DNA of 39,490 nt, from the IMG/VR virus record IMGVR_UViG_3300017784_004825, positions 1 through 39,490 of that record. One strand, 5' to 3'. Shown here piece by piece: positions 9,725 through 19,700 of the stretch. The translations under genes and the position numbers were made by a program. This stretch comes from a virus (taxonomy: Duplodnaviria > Caudoviricetes). A model generated the notes under the pieces. It saw only the letters and a program-made list of their open reading frames with translations, was not told the origin of the DNA and searched no databases. How positions within the stretch are numbered: position 1 is the stretch's first letter; each line of letters begins with the position of its first letter.

Positions 9725-11083
9725 TTAAGGCTTATATATTCCATAAATTTGGAATAAAGATTTTTCAACATCGTAACCTTCCTGAGGACACACACTGTGA
9801 CTTAATGTTTCTAATATTTTTTCATAATACGATTTAGGTTTATTATGTATTAGTTTTTTTGAAATTATGTATTGACCTCCCCTAACACAGTAGACGGGAA
9901 ATGTCACATCAAACCCAATCCTATTAGCATAATTAAGTATCTGTTGATTTATGTGTTCAATTGTCGTTGTTTCTTCATATAAAGGACCTAATGGTTTGAA
10001 ATCAGCATTAAAATCAAAATTATTTATCTCTTCTATTACATTTGCACAATGGTCATACGGATTTCCCTGTAAGAATGCGACATAGTTAGGTAGGTTCTCG
10101 TAGTTAGTTACTATATAATTAAAAAATGTGTGACCCTCTCTACCAACATTTGGTAAGTTATTTTCAAATAAATAAGACTCTGACTCGTTCTTATTAAATA
10201 CCACCGTGCTGTATTTAAGGTTTACTGCCCATTTAGTGTCTTCATTATATCTTGAAACAATAACCTTCATTTTGTCGTACTCCAACATTAGGTCAAAATA
10301 TTCTCTCCAATCGGACTTTATTAAATGGAATAAATCTTTTTGTTTTGTATAACAGATGTCGAATATTTTCTCATCACTACCAATATATCCACCACTAATA
10401 GATTCATCAACAGTCTCAACCACTAATTCCAATAACGAATCAATTAAATGTGATGGTAAAAAAAATGCAGTTCCTTGTATATTTCTAATTTGAGACAAAC
10501 TATGAAACTCTTTGTCTGTCACATTAAAGTCTTGATTATGACTAAAAAAAGTAATCTTATTAAAGTCTAAATTTTTAATTTTAAAAATGTTGGGCCATTT
10601 TTTATTTTGATATAAACTAATATCGTTTCTTAATCCACCGGCATCTGCCCACACAACAATATCATTATCAAAATACTTTTTTTCAATGGTATCTTTAAGG
10701 AAAAATACTTTATTAAACATAATAATATTATATAATGGTTGACACATTTCAGGAACCTCAGGAAAATCTACTTTAGATTTAAAAGTATCAGAACTCATCA
10801 ATTTTGATAATGAATCGTAATACTTTTGATACATTGGTAACTCTTCTAAAGGTTGGTCTATAAAAATTGTTTTTTCTAATTTAGGATCAAACTCTTTTCT
10901 ATACTTGGTTAACTCATCTATAAATTTTGATTCACTATAAATAACAATATTACTATCTAACGATAAGGTATTTCTCATCCACCACATATAAGTATGATAA
11001 GACATTCTATAATTATCCCAATTTTCTCTACCAATATCATATAGAGCCATTACGATCACAGGATTATTTATATCCATTCCCAA
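9725..11083 (-). CDS. HtrL/WlaTC-like glycosyltransferase-associated domain fused to DUF3431-like domain
   Basis: 452 aa. The N-part VMALYDIGRENW...YNIIMFNKVFFL...VWADAG...GSDEKIF is HtrL/YibB-like. The C-part VSRYNEDTKW...LPNVGREGHTFFNYIVTNYENLP...FLQGNPYDH is DUF3431-like. Confidence 0.75.
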   Translation of the reverse strand: MGMDINNPVIVMALYDIGRENWDNYRMSYHTYMWWMRNTLSLDSNIVIYSESKFIDELTKYRKEFDPKLEKTIFIDQPLEELPMYQKYYDSLSKLMSSDTFKSKVDFPEVPEMCQPLYNIIMFNKVFFLKDTIEKKYFDNDIVVWADAGGLRNDISLYQNKKWPNIFKIKNLDFNKITFFSHNQDFNVTDKEFHSLSQIRNIQGTAFFLPSHLIDSLLELVVETVDESISGGYIGSDEKIFDICYTKQKDLFHLIKSDWREYFDLMLEYDKMKVIVSRYNEDTKWAVNLKYSTVVFNKNESESYLFENNLPNVGREGHTFFNYIVTNYENLPNYVAFLQGNPYDHCANVIEEINNFDFNADFKPLGPLYEETTTIEHINQQILNYANRIGFDVTFPVYCVRGGQYIISKKLIHNKPKSYYEKILETLSHSVCPQEGYDVEKSLFQIYGIYKP

Positions 11084-11829
11084 GTTATTTTTATATGTTT
11101 ATGTTGGATGTCAACTTTATTCACATCAAAATAATTTGAAGTGTTATCAGGTTTTATTATTGAACTCAATTTATACCCATATTTATTTAACATAGTTGGT
11201 ACAAAACCTTCATGATAACCATAATATCCTTCATTATGTATTTCTAACATTTTTAATAGGGCTTTATTAGAAAATCTAGTTGTTGGGAAAAATGACCCAA
11301 ACATTTCTTCAGTATTTTCAGGTAAAATATCTCCATCACCCGGAAACCTATCAAACCACCCATTTTTTGAAAAAGTTTTATCGTCAATAGTCGGGACATT
11401 TTCTTGTGATGTTACTCCATATTTTTTAAAACAAAAATATGACATGAAATCAGCATCGTCTTTATCGGTATTAATAAAAAATTCATTCCAATTTTCCATT
11501 TTAATGTCGTCATCAAAAAACCAATAAAAATCATAATTTGGATTTTTAACGTAAAAATATAACATTCTTAAATGAGCAAAAAACCAAACAATATTTCTAT
11601 TACCATGTGAGTTCCAAAAATGTTTTTTACTAACATCAACATTGAAATTAAATTCTTCCCTTATGTTCTGTTCAGTATATTTAAATCCTAAATCAAAAGA
11701 CGAATCTTTTGTAATGTCAGAAACCCAAATTAATTTTCGGTCATTAATTGGAAAATTTTCCCAATAATTTTTATAACTCCCATAGATGTCTGGCGTTGTA
11801 CAAACGCAGTAAATATTATTCATATTCAT
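11068..11829 (-). CDS. Putative glycosyltransferase
   Basis: 253 aa with NPNYDFYWFFDDDI (DxD), FFPTTRFSNKAL, GYHEGFVPT and a terminal HKHIK. It sits in the middle of the glyco cassette. Confidence 0.6.
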   Translation of the reverse strand: MNMNNIYCVCTTPDIYGSYKNYWENFPINDRKLIWVSDITKDSSFDLGFKYTEQNIREEFNFNVDVSKKHFWNSHGNRNIVWFFAHLRMLYFYVKNPNYDFYWFFDDDIKMENWNEFFINTDKDDADFMSYFCFKKYGVTSQENVPTIDDKTFSKNGWFDRFPGDGDILPENTEEMFGSFFPTTRFSNKALLKMLEIHNEGYYGYHEGFVPTMLNKYGYKLSSIIKPDNTSNYFDVNKVDIQHKHIKITWEWI

Positions 11830-12631
11830 TTGTTAATATTTCATTCCACTCAGGGATCCTATTAAATTGATGTACTATGTCATAGGGGTCACCATTCTTT
11901 GTACATATCCTATCAGTAATTAACTGAGGTATTCCATATCTATTTTCAATATTACCTTTAAACCCAAAACTTTCAAAAAATTGAGTTGGTCCAGCAATAG
12001 CACAATGAACTACCCACCCATCAGTAAGATTAAAAATCTTTAAATTATTTATCTCTTTATTTTTAACCATAACAATTAGTGCTGCTTGGTCTTGAATGTT
12101 TGTAAGGTTTGTACTATTTTCACATAATTCAAACATTCTTTTATATAAATTAATTAACGGTAGTCTTTTTCCACCAATAACACCAGAACATATCACTTCT
12201 TGATTTATACACTCATAGTAATCATTAGGGAATAGTTTATTAATCCAATCTGAATTCCAAGGCTCTTCACTTACTAACACACCTTCAGCACCGACAAAGA
12301 TATCATAGTTTAAATCAAGCTTATCAAATGGATTTGATTGAAATACAACATCAAAAACATCAGTTATTAAAAATAATTCAATGTCTGAATTCTCTAAAAA
12401 TTCAAAAGTTCTTTCAAGACGTTTATGGTTTATTCTCCAAGTATCATCAATATTAACAGGTATTGGTATAATCCCATTATCAATACAAAATTGTATTTCT
12501 TCTTGATTTGAATTGGCACATAATAAAATCACATCACCATCGGAATATTTCTTAAAACTTTTTGACCACACTTTAATTTTATCGATATTTAACCCAACAT
12601 TATTGGATAAACCTAATAGAGCTTTTTTCAT
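11816..12631 (-). CDS. Putative glycosyltransferase (GT-A; 'TD..DV.FQ..PF' family)
   Basis: 271 aa with LITDVFDVVFQSNPF, ICSGVIGG, QDQAAL and IVHQFNR. The motif order resembles PLOD-type and related GT domains. Confidence 0.65.
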   Translation of the reverse strand: MKKALLGLSNNVGLNIDKIKVWSKSFKKYSDGDVILLCANSNQEEIQFCIDNGIIPIPVNIDDTWRINHKRLERTFEFLENSDIELFLITDVFDVVFQSNPFDKLDLNYDIFVGAEGVLVSEEPWNSDWINKLFPNDYYECINQEVICSGVIGGKRLPLINLYKRMFELCENSTNLTNIQDQAALIVMVKNKEINNLKIFNLTDGWVVHCAIAGPTQFFESFGFKGNIENRYGIPQLITDRICTKNGDPYDIVHQFNRIPEWNEILTNEYE

Positions 12632-12632
12632 G

Positions 12633-13190
12633 TTATTTTAATTTTGTTTCACTTGTTTTTTTGATAATCCAAGAACTATCTAAATAAATTTTGATGTCGG
12701 GATATTCAAAAACACTTAATATCGCACTTGAGACACCATGACTATTATAATCATGACCTGAAATATATTGACCTTCTTTTAAATTTTCATAAGCGATTAA
12801 AATCTCTTCTCTGGTTCTTCCGTAATCATGAGTTGTATCAATATAAATTAAATCATATTCTCCCTTTTTAATTGATTTTAAAAACTCAATTGAATCTAAT
12901 TTATGAAATGTAATTCCTTTTGATTCAACCAATTTTTGCATGTCAGGATAATATTCTAAATCAACACACGTTACATTATCAGAATACTCCGTAAATAATT
13001 CTGAAGATGACCCATAGAAACAACCTAATTCTAATATTTTCATATTTTTAGTTAAATGTTCCTTACACAAGAAATTTAATCCGTGTAAATAGTTTATATA
13101 GAGACCTTGTTCTAAAAGACCTCCAAAACCTTTTCCTTCTTCCGGTCTTGGGTGACCAGCATGCGACATTCTTTCTGTAGTTAAGTTCAT
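12633..13190 (-). CDS. Class I SAM-dependent methyltransferase (Methyltransf_24-like)
   Basis: 185 aa with ILELGCFYGSS (motif I), YDLIYIDTTHDY and ISGHDY. This family is commonly associated with glycan O-methylation. Confidence 0.85.
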   Translation of the reverse strand: MNLTTERMSHAGHPRPEEGKGFGGLLEQGLYINYLHGLNFLCKEHLTKNMKILELGCFYGSSSELFTEYSDNVTCVDLEYYPDMQKLVESKGITFHKLDSIEFLKSIKKGEYDLIYIDTTHDYGRTREEILIAYENLKEGQYISGHDYNSHGVSSAILSVFEYPDIKIYLDSSWIIKKTSETKLK

Positions 13191-13195
13191 AATAA

Positions 13196-14446
13196 TTATA
13201 TTTTATTTTCCATTTTATCTAACCACCCTTTTGATTCTGAATGTGGCCATAATATCCATTTAGTTGGTTTTACCACAGATGTAAATTCTCTACACACACT
13301 AAAGTGATCTTCAGATTCATTTGATAATAATACTTTTAATTCATTTTTATCGATATCCTTTCTATACACTTCAAATCCAGAGTTGTCTGAAAAAATAAAA
13401 GCATGAAAATCATAATCATCTTCAACTAAAATGTTTTTATTAAATTTTATACAATGTTTGTGTGTATTTGAAAAACTATTTACCCAATCATTATCATTAT
13501 CATATGTATAATCATTTGGTGGGTATTCTTTATTTAAAGTTTGTTGTTGAACTCCTCGTTTAGAAAATAAAATTCCAGCATATATTTCATAATCTCTTAA
13601 AGTTCTTTTATTTCCAAAACCATATTTACCATCATGACCTATTTGTTCTAATCCATCCATACCAAAAAGTTGTCGATTTAATAAATGTGAAGAATCATTT
13701 TTTAAATACCACATTTTATCATCGTCCCATTGTTTAGTCCTACCTTCTCTAGTGTATTCATGCCAAATAACAACTTTGTGTGGGTGAAATAAGTCATAAC
13801 CATGAGTAAATGCCCTAACAGCTATAGAAATTTCTTCACCATGAAAATAAAAATCAGGATTGTGTTGTACCTCTTTTGAAAACTCACCTAAAGTAAAACA
13901 AAAATGAGCGGAATAAAATCTTGAACTTACAGGTTCTTTTAAATTTTCCCAATTTGGTATTGTTTCGGGTAAGAAAAAAATTGCTCCTTCTGGTATGAAT
14001 TTATCAAAAGCCATTCGCCAAGGAACTCTTACTCTACCGTTTGGGTCATTTTTTGGGTTATATGATGAAACATAACTAGTTAATAGTGGTTTTGGTATTC
14101 CTTTTTTTTGTAAGTCTTTAACCATATCAATTAATGTCTTATCCCAATCTTTTTCAAATCTCATATGAGAATCAATTTGAAGTGTATATTTTTCTCCTCT
14201 ATATAATTGTTGTGTTTTATGTCTAGCCCAACAAACCCCTTTAGATTCTTGATATGGAATATTTAAAATTTTAAATCTTTTATCATTCTTGTATTCTGAT
14301 AAATCGTAAGATTTATCGTCAGGATGATATTGATTAGCAATAGCAAAAACTAAATTATTTGGTTTATTTGCATTGTTAATACAATCTTTTATAGTGAACA
14401 AAAGCTCTGGATCTCGGTATGATGCTATTTGTATAAAAATTTTCAT
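13196..14446 (-). CDS. GT60-like polypeptide N-acetylglucosaminyltransferase (Pfam GlcNAc, Skp1/Gnt1-like)
   Basis: 416 aa with IFIQIASYRDPEL, GVCWAR, LQIDSHMRF (DSH), FHGEEISIAVRAFTHGYDLFHP and WHEY, matching Dictyostelium Gnt1 / trypanosomatid OGNT motifs. It has an extra C-terminal domain and no transmembrane anchor. Confidence 0.85.
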   Translation of the reverse strand: MKIFIQIASYRDPELLFTIKDCINNANKPNNLVFAIANQYHPDDKSYDLSEYKNDKRFKILNIPYQESKGVCWARHKTQQLYRGEKYTLQIDSHMRFEKDWDKTLIDMVKDLQKKGIPKPLLTSYVSSYNPKNDPNGRVRVPWRMAFDKFIPEGAIFFLPETIPNWENLKEPVSSRFYSAHFCFTLGEFSKEVQHNPDFYFHGEEISIAVRAFTHGYDLFHPHKVVIWHEYTREGRTKQWDDDKMWYLKNDSSHLLNRQLFGMDGLEQIGHDGKYGFGNKRTLRDYEIYAGILFSKRGVQQQTLNKEYPPNDYTYDNDNDWVNSFSNTHKHCIKFNKNILVEDDYDFHAFIFSDNSGFEVYRKDIDKNELKVLLSNESEDHFSVCREFTSVVKPTKWILWPHSESKGWLDKMENKI

Positions 14447-14517
14447 ATTTTTATTAAAAAATAATAATAATCTTTAAATAAAAAAATAGTTAATACTAAT
14501 AAAAATAATAATAAAAA

Positions 14518-15774
14518 TTAACAACCACCATACAAACCAAGAGTGATTATAGTATAAGATATAATATCTCCTGGTGTTGTTGGATAAATTACAGGCGGAA
14601 TAACATTAGTGATTATCGACACAGATGAACTAACATTTAAATTATATAGAGGATCTGCTGGATAAGTAATTGACGGGCAACATTTTTCAAACCATATAGT
14701 TAGACTATTTGTACCGGTATTAGTTATTGTTAAAATATAACAATCAGGACAAGGATGTGTTGTAATACAAGTACCACAATTATCTGTAGTTGGTGTGTTA
14801 CCATCCCAATAAACATTTGGTAAAGACGTTACTGCTGGTGTTAAAATTGTATAACAAAAATTATCAGTACCAATAACCATATTTCCTATTGTACTAAGAG
14901 AGGTTAAAGTCATGTAAGGTACAGGTGGTTGTTGGCCAGGTAACGGTGGAAAAGCCCATCGGCCTTTTGCACAACAAGGGGACATTTGCCACACAATATT
15001 TGGAACTGGGGTTGGAATTGGTGTTGGGCAAGGACACGTATATAATTCAGTAACCGTACCACCAATTTGTGTATTAGGAAATGTAGGGATTGTTGTTGAA
15101 CAAACATTGGCATTTTGCCCCGTAGGTATTGTAAGTGGAGATATTTCAGGATATATAAATGTAAAACAACAAGGGGTAAAATTAAAAGTAATATTATTAG
15201 GTCCCGAGTTAGTTAAGTTATACTCAACACATCCAGATATTGGTGTTGGTGTTGGAGATGTTGGTGCAGGGGTTGGTGGTGGTGGCGCGGTTGGTACAGG
15301 AGTTGGGCAAGGCCCAAGGTCAATAATTGTATACCCACAGTTTTGATTAAATGGTTGCGGTTGCAGAACTGATTCAACATAATATGTTCCTGCCGTTCCA
15401 AAATAAACAATATCCACAATATTTCCATTGCAATCAAATAATTTAAATATGCAAGGCCCTGCCCCCAAATTTATTTGCCAATAAGTACAAACATCAGTAC
15501 ATGCACAGTCAGGTAAAGGTGTGGGTAGTGGGGTTGGGTTTGGTGGTGGTGTTGGTAGACAAGGTACTTCTATTATTTCAAAACAACCTTTACGATCAAA
15601 AATTTTAACCTTTAAAAGTTGTAATCCTGGAAAATAATAATTGGAATCAATTTGTACTATAGGCGGAATACTGGTAACTCCAGTTATAAAAAAACAAGAA
15701 CTTAAATCCCAATCACATAAATATATTAAATACGGACTACTACCACTTGTAACTCCAGTTATATCTATTATCAT
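14518..15774 (-). CDS. Modular Cys-rich Thr/Pro-linker virion protein, paralog A
   Basis: 418 aa. Shared 72-aa N-terminal module, then Cys-bounded ~60-70-aa modules joined by PTP linkers. Confidence 0.75.
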   Translation of the reverse strand: MIIDITGVTSGSSPYLIYLCDWDLSSCFFITGVTSIPPIVQIDSNYYFPGLQLLKVKIFDRKGCFEIIEVPCLPTPPPNPTPLPTPLPDCACTDVCTYWQINLGAGPCIFKLFDCNGNIVDIVYFGTAGTYYVESVLQPQPFNQNCGYTIIDLGPCPTPVPTAPPPPTPAPTSPTPTPISGCVEYNLTNSGPNNITFNFTPCCFTFIYPEISPLTIPTGQNANVCSTTIPTFPNTQIGGTVTELYTCPCPTPIPTPVPNIVWQMSPCCAKGRWAFPPLPGQQPPVPYMTLTSLSTIGNMVIGTDNFCYTILTPAVTSLPNVYWDGNTPTTDNCGTCITTHPCPDCYILTITNTGTNSLTIWFEKCCPSITYPADPLYNLNVSSSVSIITNVIPPVIYPTTPGDIISYTIITLGLYGGC

Positions 15775-15781
15775 ATTTATT
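15301..15781. repeat. Dispersed direct repeat copy A (5' portion of paralog A)
   Basis: Near-identical nucleotide blocks shared with 16271-16735 and 19331-19814, e.g. aaaagttgtaatcctggaaaataataattggaatcaatttgta and aaaaaacaagaacttaaatcccaatcacataaatata. Confidence 0.9.
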
Positions 15782-15804
15782 GTGTATTTATATAAGTATA
15801 CGGT

Positions 15805-16728
15805 TTAATTACACCCTCCAAGAGAAGTTAGTATTATGTTTGGGGTTATTGGGTTGTACGCGTATGGCGGACCAAAAGAATTAAAAACATATAATTCATT
15901 TATATTTAAATCATACTCCTCCTCAATACTACCACAACAAGGGGTATAATATAATTTAACAACTTCATTCATCATATTTTCAATCAACCAACTAGTACAG
16001 GTATCATCTACACATATATCATTAATACATGGATTACCTATCGTTGGTATTAATTTAGTTGGGGAATAACTTATTGGATCACTTCCGCATATAGTAAAGG
16101 CGTTACCATTAGTAGTTGCACTAAGAATTAAATTTCCACTACAATTAATATAAGTAAAAGTCATTCCCGAATTACCTGTAAGATTTTCCCAACTAATACA
16201 ACTACAACAAATTGGACAAGGTGTCGGTTCTGGTTGGGTCGGTATTGGAGTTGGTACCGGAGTTGGTATCGGACAAGGCCCAAGGTTAACTATTGGTAAA
16301 TGTGTACAGTTTTGATTAACTGGTTGTGGTTGTAAAAACGATTCAACATAATATGTTCCAGAAAAATTAAACGTTATGATTTCAACAACATTTCCATAAC
16401 AGTCAAATAATTTAAATTTACATGGATTTAATATGGTTATTTGCCAATACGTACAAAAATCCATACAAGCTGTTGGTGTTGGTGGTGGTGGGTTTGGTGT
16501 TGGTGTTGGAATACAAGGAGCTTCAATTATTTCAAAACAACCGTCGTTATCAAAAATTTTAACTTTTAAAAGTTGTAATCCTGGAAAATAATAATTGGAA
16601 TCAATTTGTACTATAGGCGGTATAGTAGTTACTCCAGTTATAAAAAAACAAGAACTTAAATCCCAATCACATAAATATATTAAATACGGACTACTACCAC
16701 TTGTAACACCTGTAACATCTATTATCAT
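15805..16728 (-). CDS. Modular Cys-rich Thr/Pro-linker virion protein, paralog B
   Basis: 307 aa. Same N-terminal module, a more diverged second module and different C-terminal modules. Confidence 0.75.
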   Translation of the reverse strand: MIIDVTGVTSGSSPYLIYLCDWDLSSCFFITGVTTIPPIVQIDSNYYFPGLQLLKVKIFDNDGCFEIIEAPCIPTPTPNPPPPTPTACMDFCTYWQITILNPCKFKLFDCYGNVVEIITFNFSGTYYVESFLQPQPVNQNCTHLPIVNLGPCPIPTPVPTPIPTQPEPTPCPICCSCISWENLTGNSGMTFTYINCSGNLILSATTNGNAFTICGSDPISYSPTKLIPTIGNPCINDICVDDTCTSWLIENMMNEVVKLYYTPCCGSIEEEYDLNINELYVFNSFGPPYAYNPITPNIILTSLGGCN

Positions 16729-16735
16729 ATTTATT
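16271..16735. repeat. Dispersed direct repeat copy B
   Basis: The first ~220 bp of the gene are nearly identical to copies A and C; the second module is more diverged. Confidence 0.85.
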
Positions 16736-16750
16736 ATTTATCTTTTTATA

Positions 16751-19700
16751 TTAAAAACTTCTAATACACCTTACGTTTATAGTTGCTGATTTATTTTGTA
16801 CCGATGCTGGATAATTATTTCCGGCATTAGACCAAGATTTTGATCTTGCTTGGTTGTTAGAATGTTCTGTTGACGACCAATAATCTCCCGCCGTCGCATT
16901 AATATTCACCTCATAAATAGGGTTATTATAAGACCATATTGGTAAATGTGTAAATTTCCAAAGTTCTTGACCGGATGGTAAATACCAATCAGTATAACCA
17001 CTTAAAGATAAATTACTACACACCTTAGCCGCGCCATTTTCATTACAAACAGAAACTATATTTATAGTGTTTTGAGCTCCACTAAAATAACCATTAGTGG
17101 TATTACCAATTAAGGTACCAGTACACCCCCATGTACTACTACTTTGGTTTGTGTCAGAAATAATTAATCCGTGGTCACCTGTAGGACCAACATATATAAT
17201 CATACCACCACCATATGCCCGTCCAACGTAATATTCTGGAGTTGGGCTTGGTGTTGAAGTTGGACCTGGTGGTTGGGTTGGAGCTGGAGTTGGAGTTGGG
17301 TATGGATAGTTATTACAAGGAATATGTCCAGGAGCCCCGCTACCACCGCAAGGTTCAAAAACAATAATAGTTACGCTTGTTTCATTAACCATAGTTCCAT
17401 CAACTATTCCAACATTAATTAGTGTCGAACCATGCGGTGGAGAATTAGGTACTGAATTACCCGGATCTAAAGTAAAAGTATCATACGTATTAATATTACA
17501 TTCATTTTCACAAGTATAAAAACTAACATCACTAGTAACTGCACTATAATTACGAATATATAAACAAGAACATGAAGGGGGAGTACAGGTACCTACAAAC
17601 TCAAACGAATGAATACGAGTATCAGCACATTGATTTCTAGCATCATTTTCAGATAAAAGAACCACAGACGACGGAGTGTATTTATCTATAGGGTCTAATT
17701 GAAAGGCTAAATAAACATCATTATTTAAAGAAATAGCTATAGGTCCCACTCCAGAATCAGGATCAGCGTGACTATTGTTATTCCAATCACCGCAGTTAAG
17801 TCTAAACCAAATACGATTTTGAAAAAAAGCAATGTCAATAATATCATTAGCAATACCCCAAGACATTGTAGGAATTGTAGCAATAATAACATTATTATAA
17901 TAAACATCACCACTAGTATTAAGACCAAAACTATTTGTATCTGAACCTAAAATATAATTATTAGCGTATTTAGGTGTTATTTTTTTTGCAAATCCAACTC
18001 TACTAGTCGCACCTAAATCATTAATTAGTTTAATTGTGTATGTGTTTTTATCTCCATAGGTTTGACTTTGGGTTGTTAAAGTATATCCAACATCACAAAG
18101 ACCCACAGTAGTGGAATAATTATGTTGAGCTATTAAATAATTATCCCTCAAATCAATTGTATTTGAGGTGTAGTCGTAATCCCAAGTGATACATGGTAAA
18201 GTACATGAACATATATATTTAAAATTTTCAGGTAAAATAGATTGTTGGGTTATTTCGACTTTTCCGTCATCATCATATTGACAGTCACCAAATTGTATTG
18301 CTGGATAAAAAGATGATCCTGAAAAAAAAGCAGGGAATGAATATCCTCCGGTATTAGTTGATGGATCATCACTTGGTTGGTTATTCCAATCACCATTATT
18401 TACTCTAACCCAAAAGTAACTATTACAATAAGCCACATCAATAAGGTCACCAGTAGTCCAATTACTAGGTCCGTTAAGATATGTTAGAATATTATTAAAG
18501 TACACAGTACCGTCAGATCTTAAAGCAACACTAGTAGTAAAACCACCAAGACCGTAAGGGTCAGATGAGAAATCTATATTATGAGTAGCAAATCCAATTC
18601 TAGTTGCTGAAGTTTGACAAACATTTGTAGAAATAACAACACTAAACATAGTCAGATTTGTAACATTAACAGTACCTAAAACAACATTTCTAAGAATATC
18701 AGTTGTTAAGTTTGTATTAGCAAAACTATTAGAATCAGTAAGGTAAATACCACTTCCAATATAGTCAGGGTCCCAAGACCAACAATCACTTTCTATTGGG
18801 TCACAATAATTAGGAGATATATCACAATAATTATTACTTGTATTCACGTTAAATGTTCCGTAATTACTATCATAACAAATATCAATACGATTATTATCTG
18901 TAAAACCTGAAATAAAATTACCACAACAATCAGTATATGTGTAATCAACATTAGGTGGAACACATCCACTTTTACAATTATTTTCTGGAGGGGGTAGAGG
19001 TGTTGGTAATGGTGTCGGACACGGGGAACAAGTTGGGGTTGGTGGTGGTGTTGCGGTTGGTGGTAAATCTGTAGGTATTGGTGTTGGGTTTGGTAGTGGT
19101 GTCGGACATGGGCAAGTATTTATTTGAACAACAACTCCTCCAACATCGGAAAATAAAGGAAAAGTCTCTGAACAAATGTTAATGTTTTCCCCACCAGGTA
19201 ATACTAATGGTGATTGGGGGTATGGTACGGTAAAACAACAAGGAGTAAAAGTAAACTCGACAATATCTTCTCCTACGTTTGATATATCGTACTCAACACA
19301 TCCAGGTATTTGAGTTGGAGATGGAAGTGGAGTTGGGCAAGGTCCAAGGTCAATTATTGTATACCCGCAGTTTTGATTAAATGGTTGCGGTTGCAGAACT
19401 GATTCAACATAATAAGTTCCTGCAGTACCAAAAACTCTAAGGTTAACAACATTTCCATCGCAATCAAATAATTTAAATATGCAAGGTCCTGCCCCCAAAT
19501 TTATTTGCCAATAAGTACAAACATCAATACATGGTGCACATCCAGGTAAAGGTGTGGGTAGTGGTGTTGCGGTTGGTTGTGGTGTTGGAATACAAGGAGC
19601 TTCAATTATTTCAAAACAACCCTCGTTATCAAAGATTTTAACTTTTAAAAGTTGTAATCCTGGAAAATAATAATTGGAATCAATTTGTATTGTTGGAGGA

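Noticed and set aside
7807-14446. Giant virus (NCLDV) or bacterial O-antigen locus origin of the window
   Set aside because: Baseplate gp25/gp6 genes indicate a tailed phage. There is no wzx/wzy/ABC exporter or initiating phosphoglycosyl transferase as expected for a cellular polysaccharide locus.
16751-17235. Diversity-generating retroelement targeting the C-terminal DUF1566 (C-type lectin-fold) domain
   Set aside because: No reverse transcriptase and no second (template) copy of this 3' region in the window. The repeats present are at 5' ends and do not show adenine-specific differences. A remote DGR elsewhere in the genome cannot be excluded.
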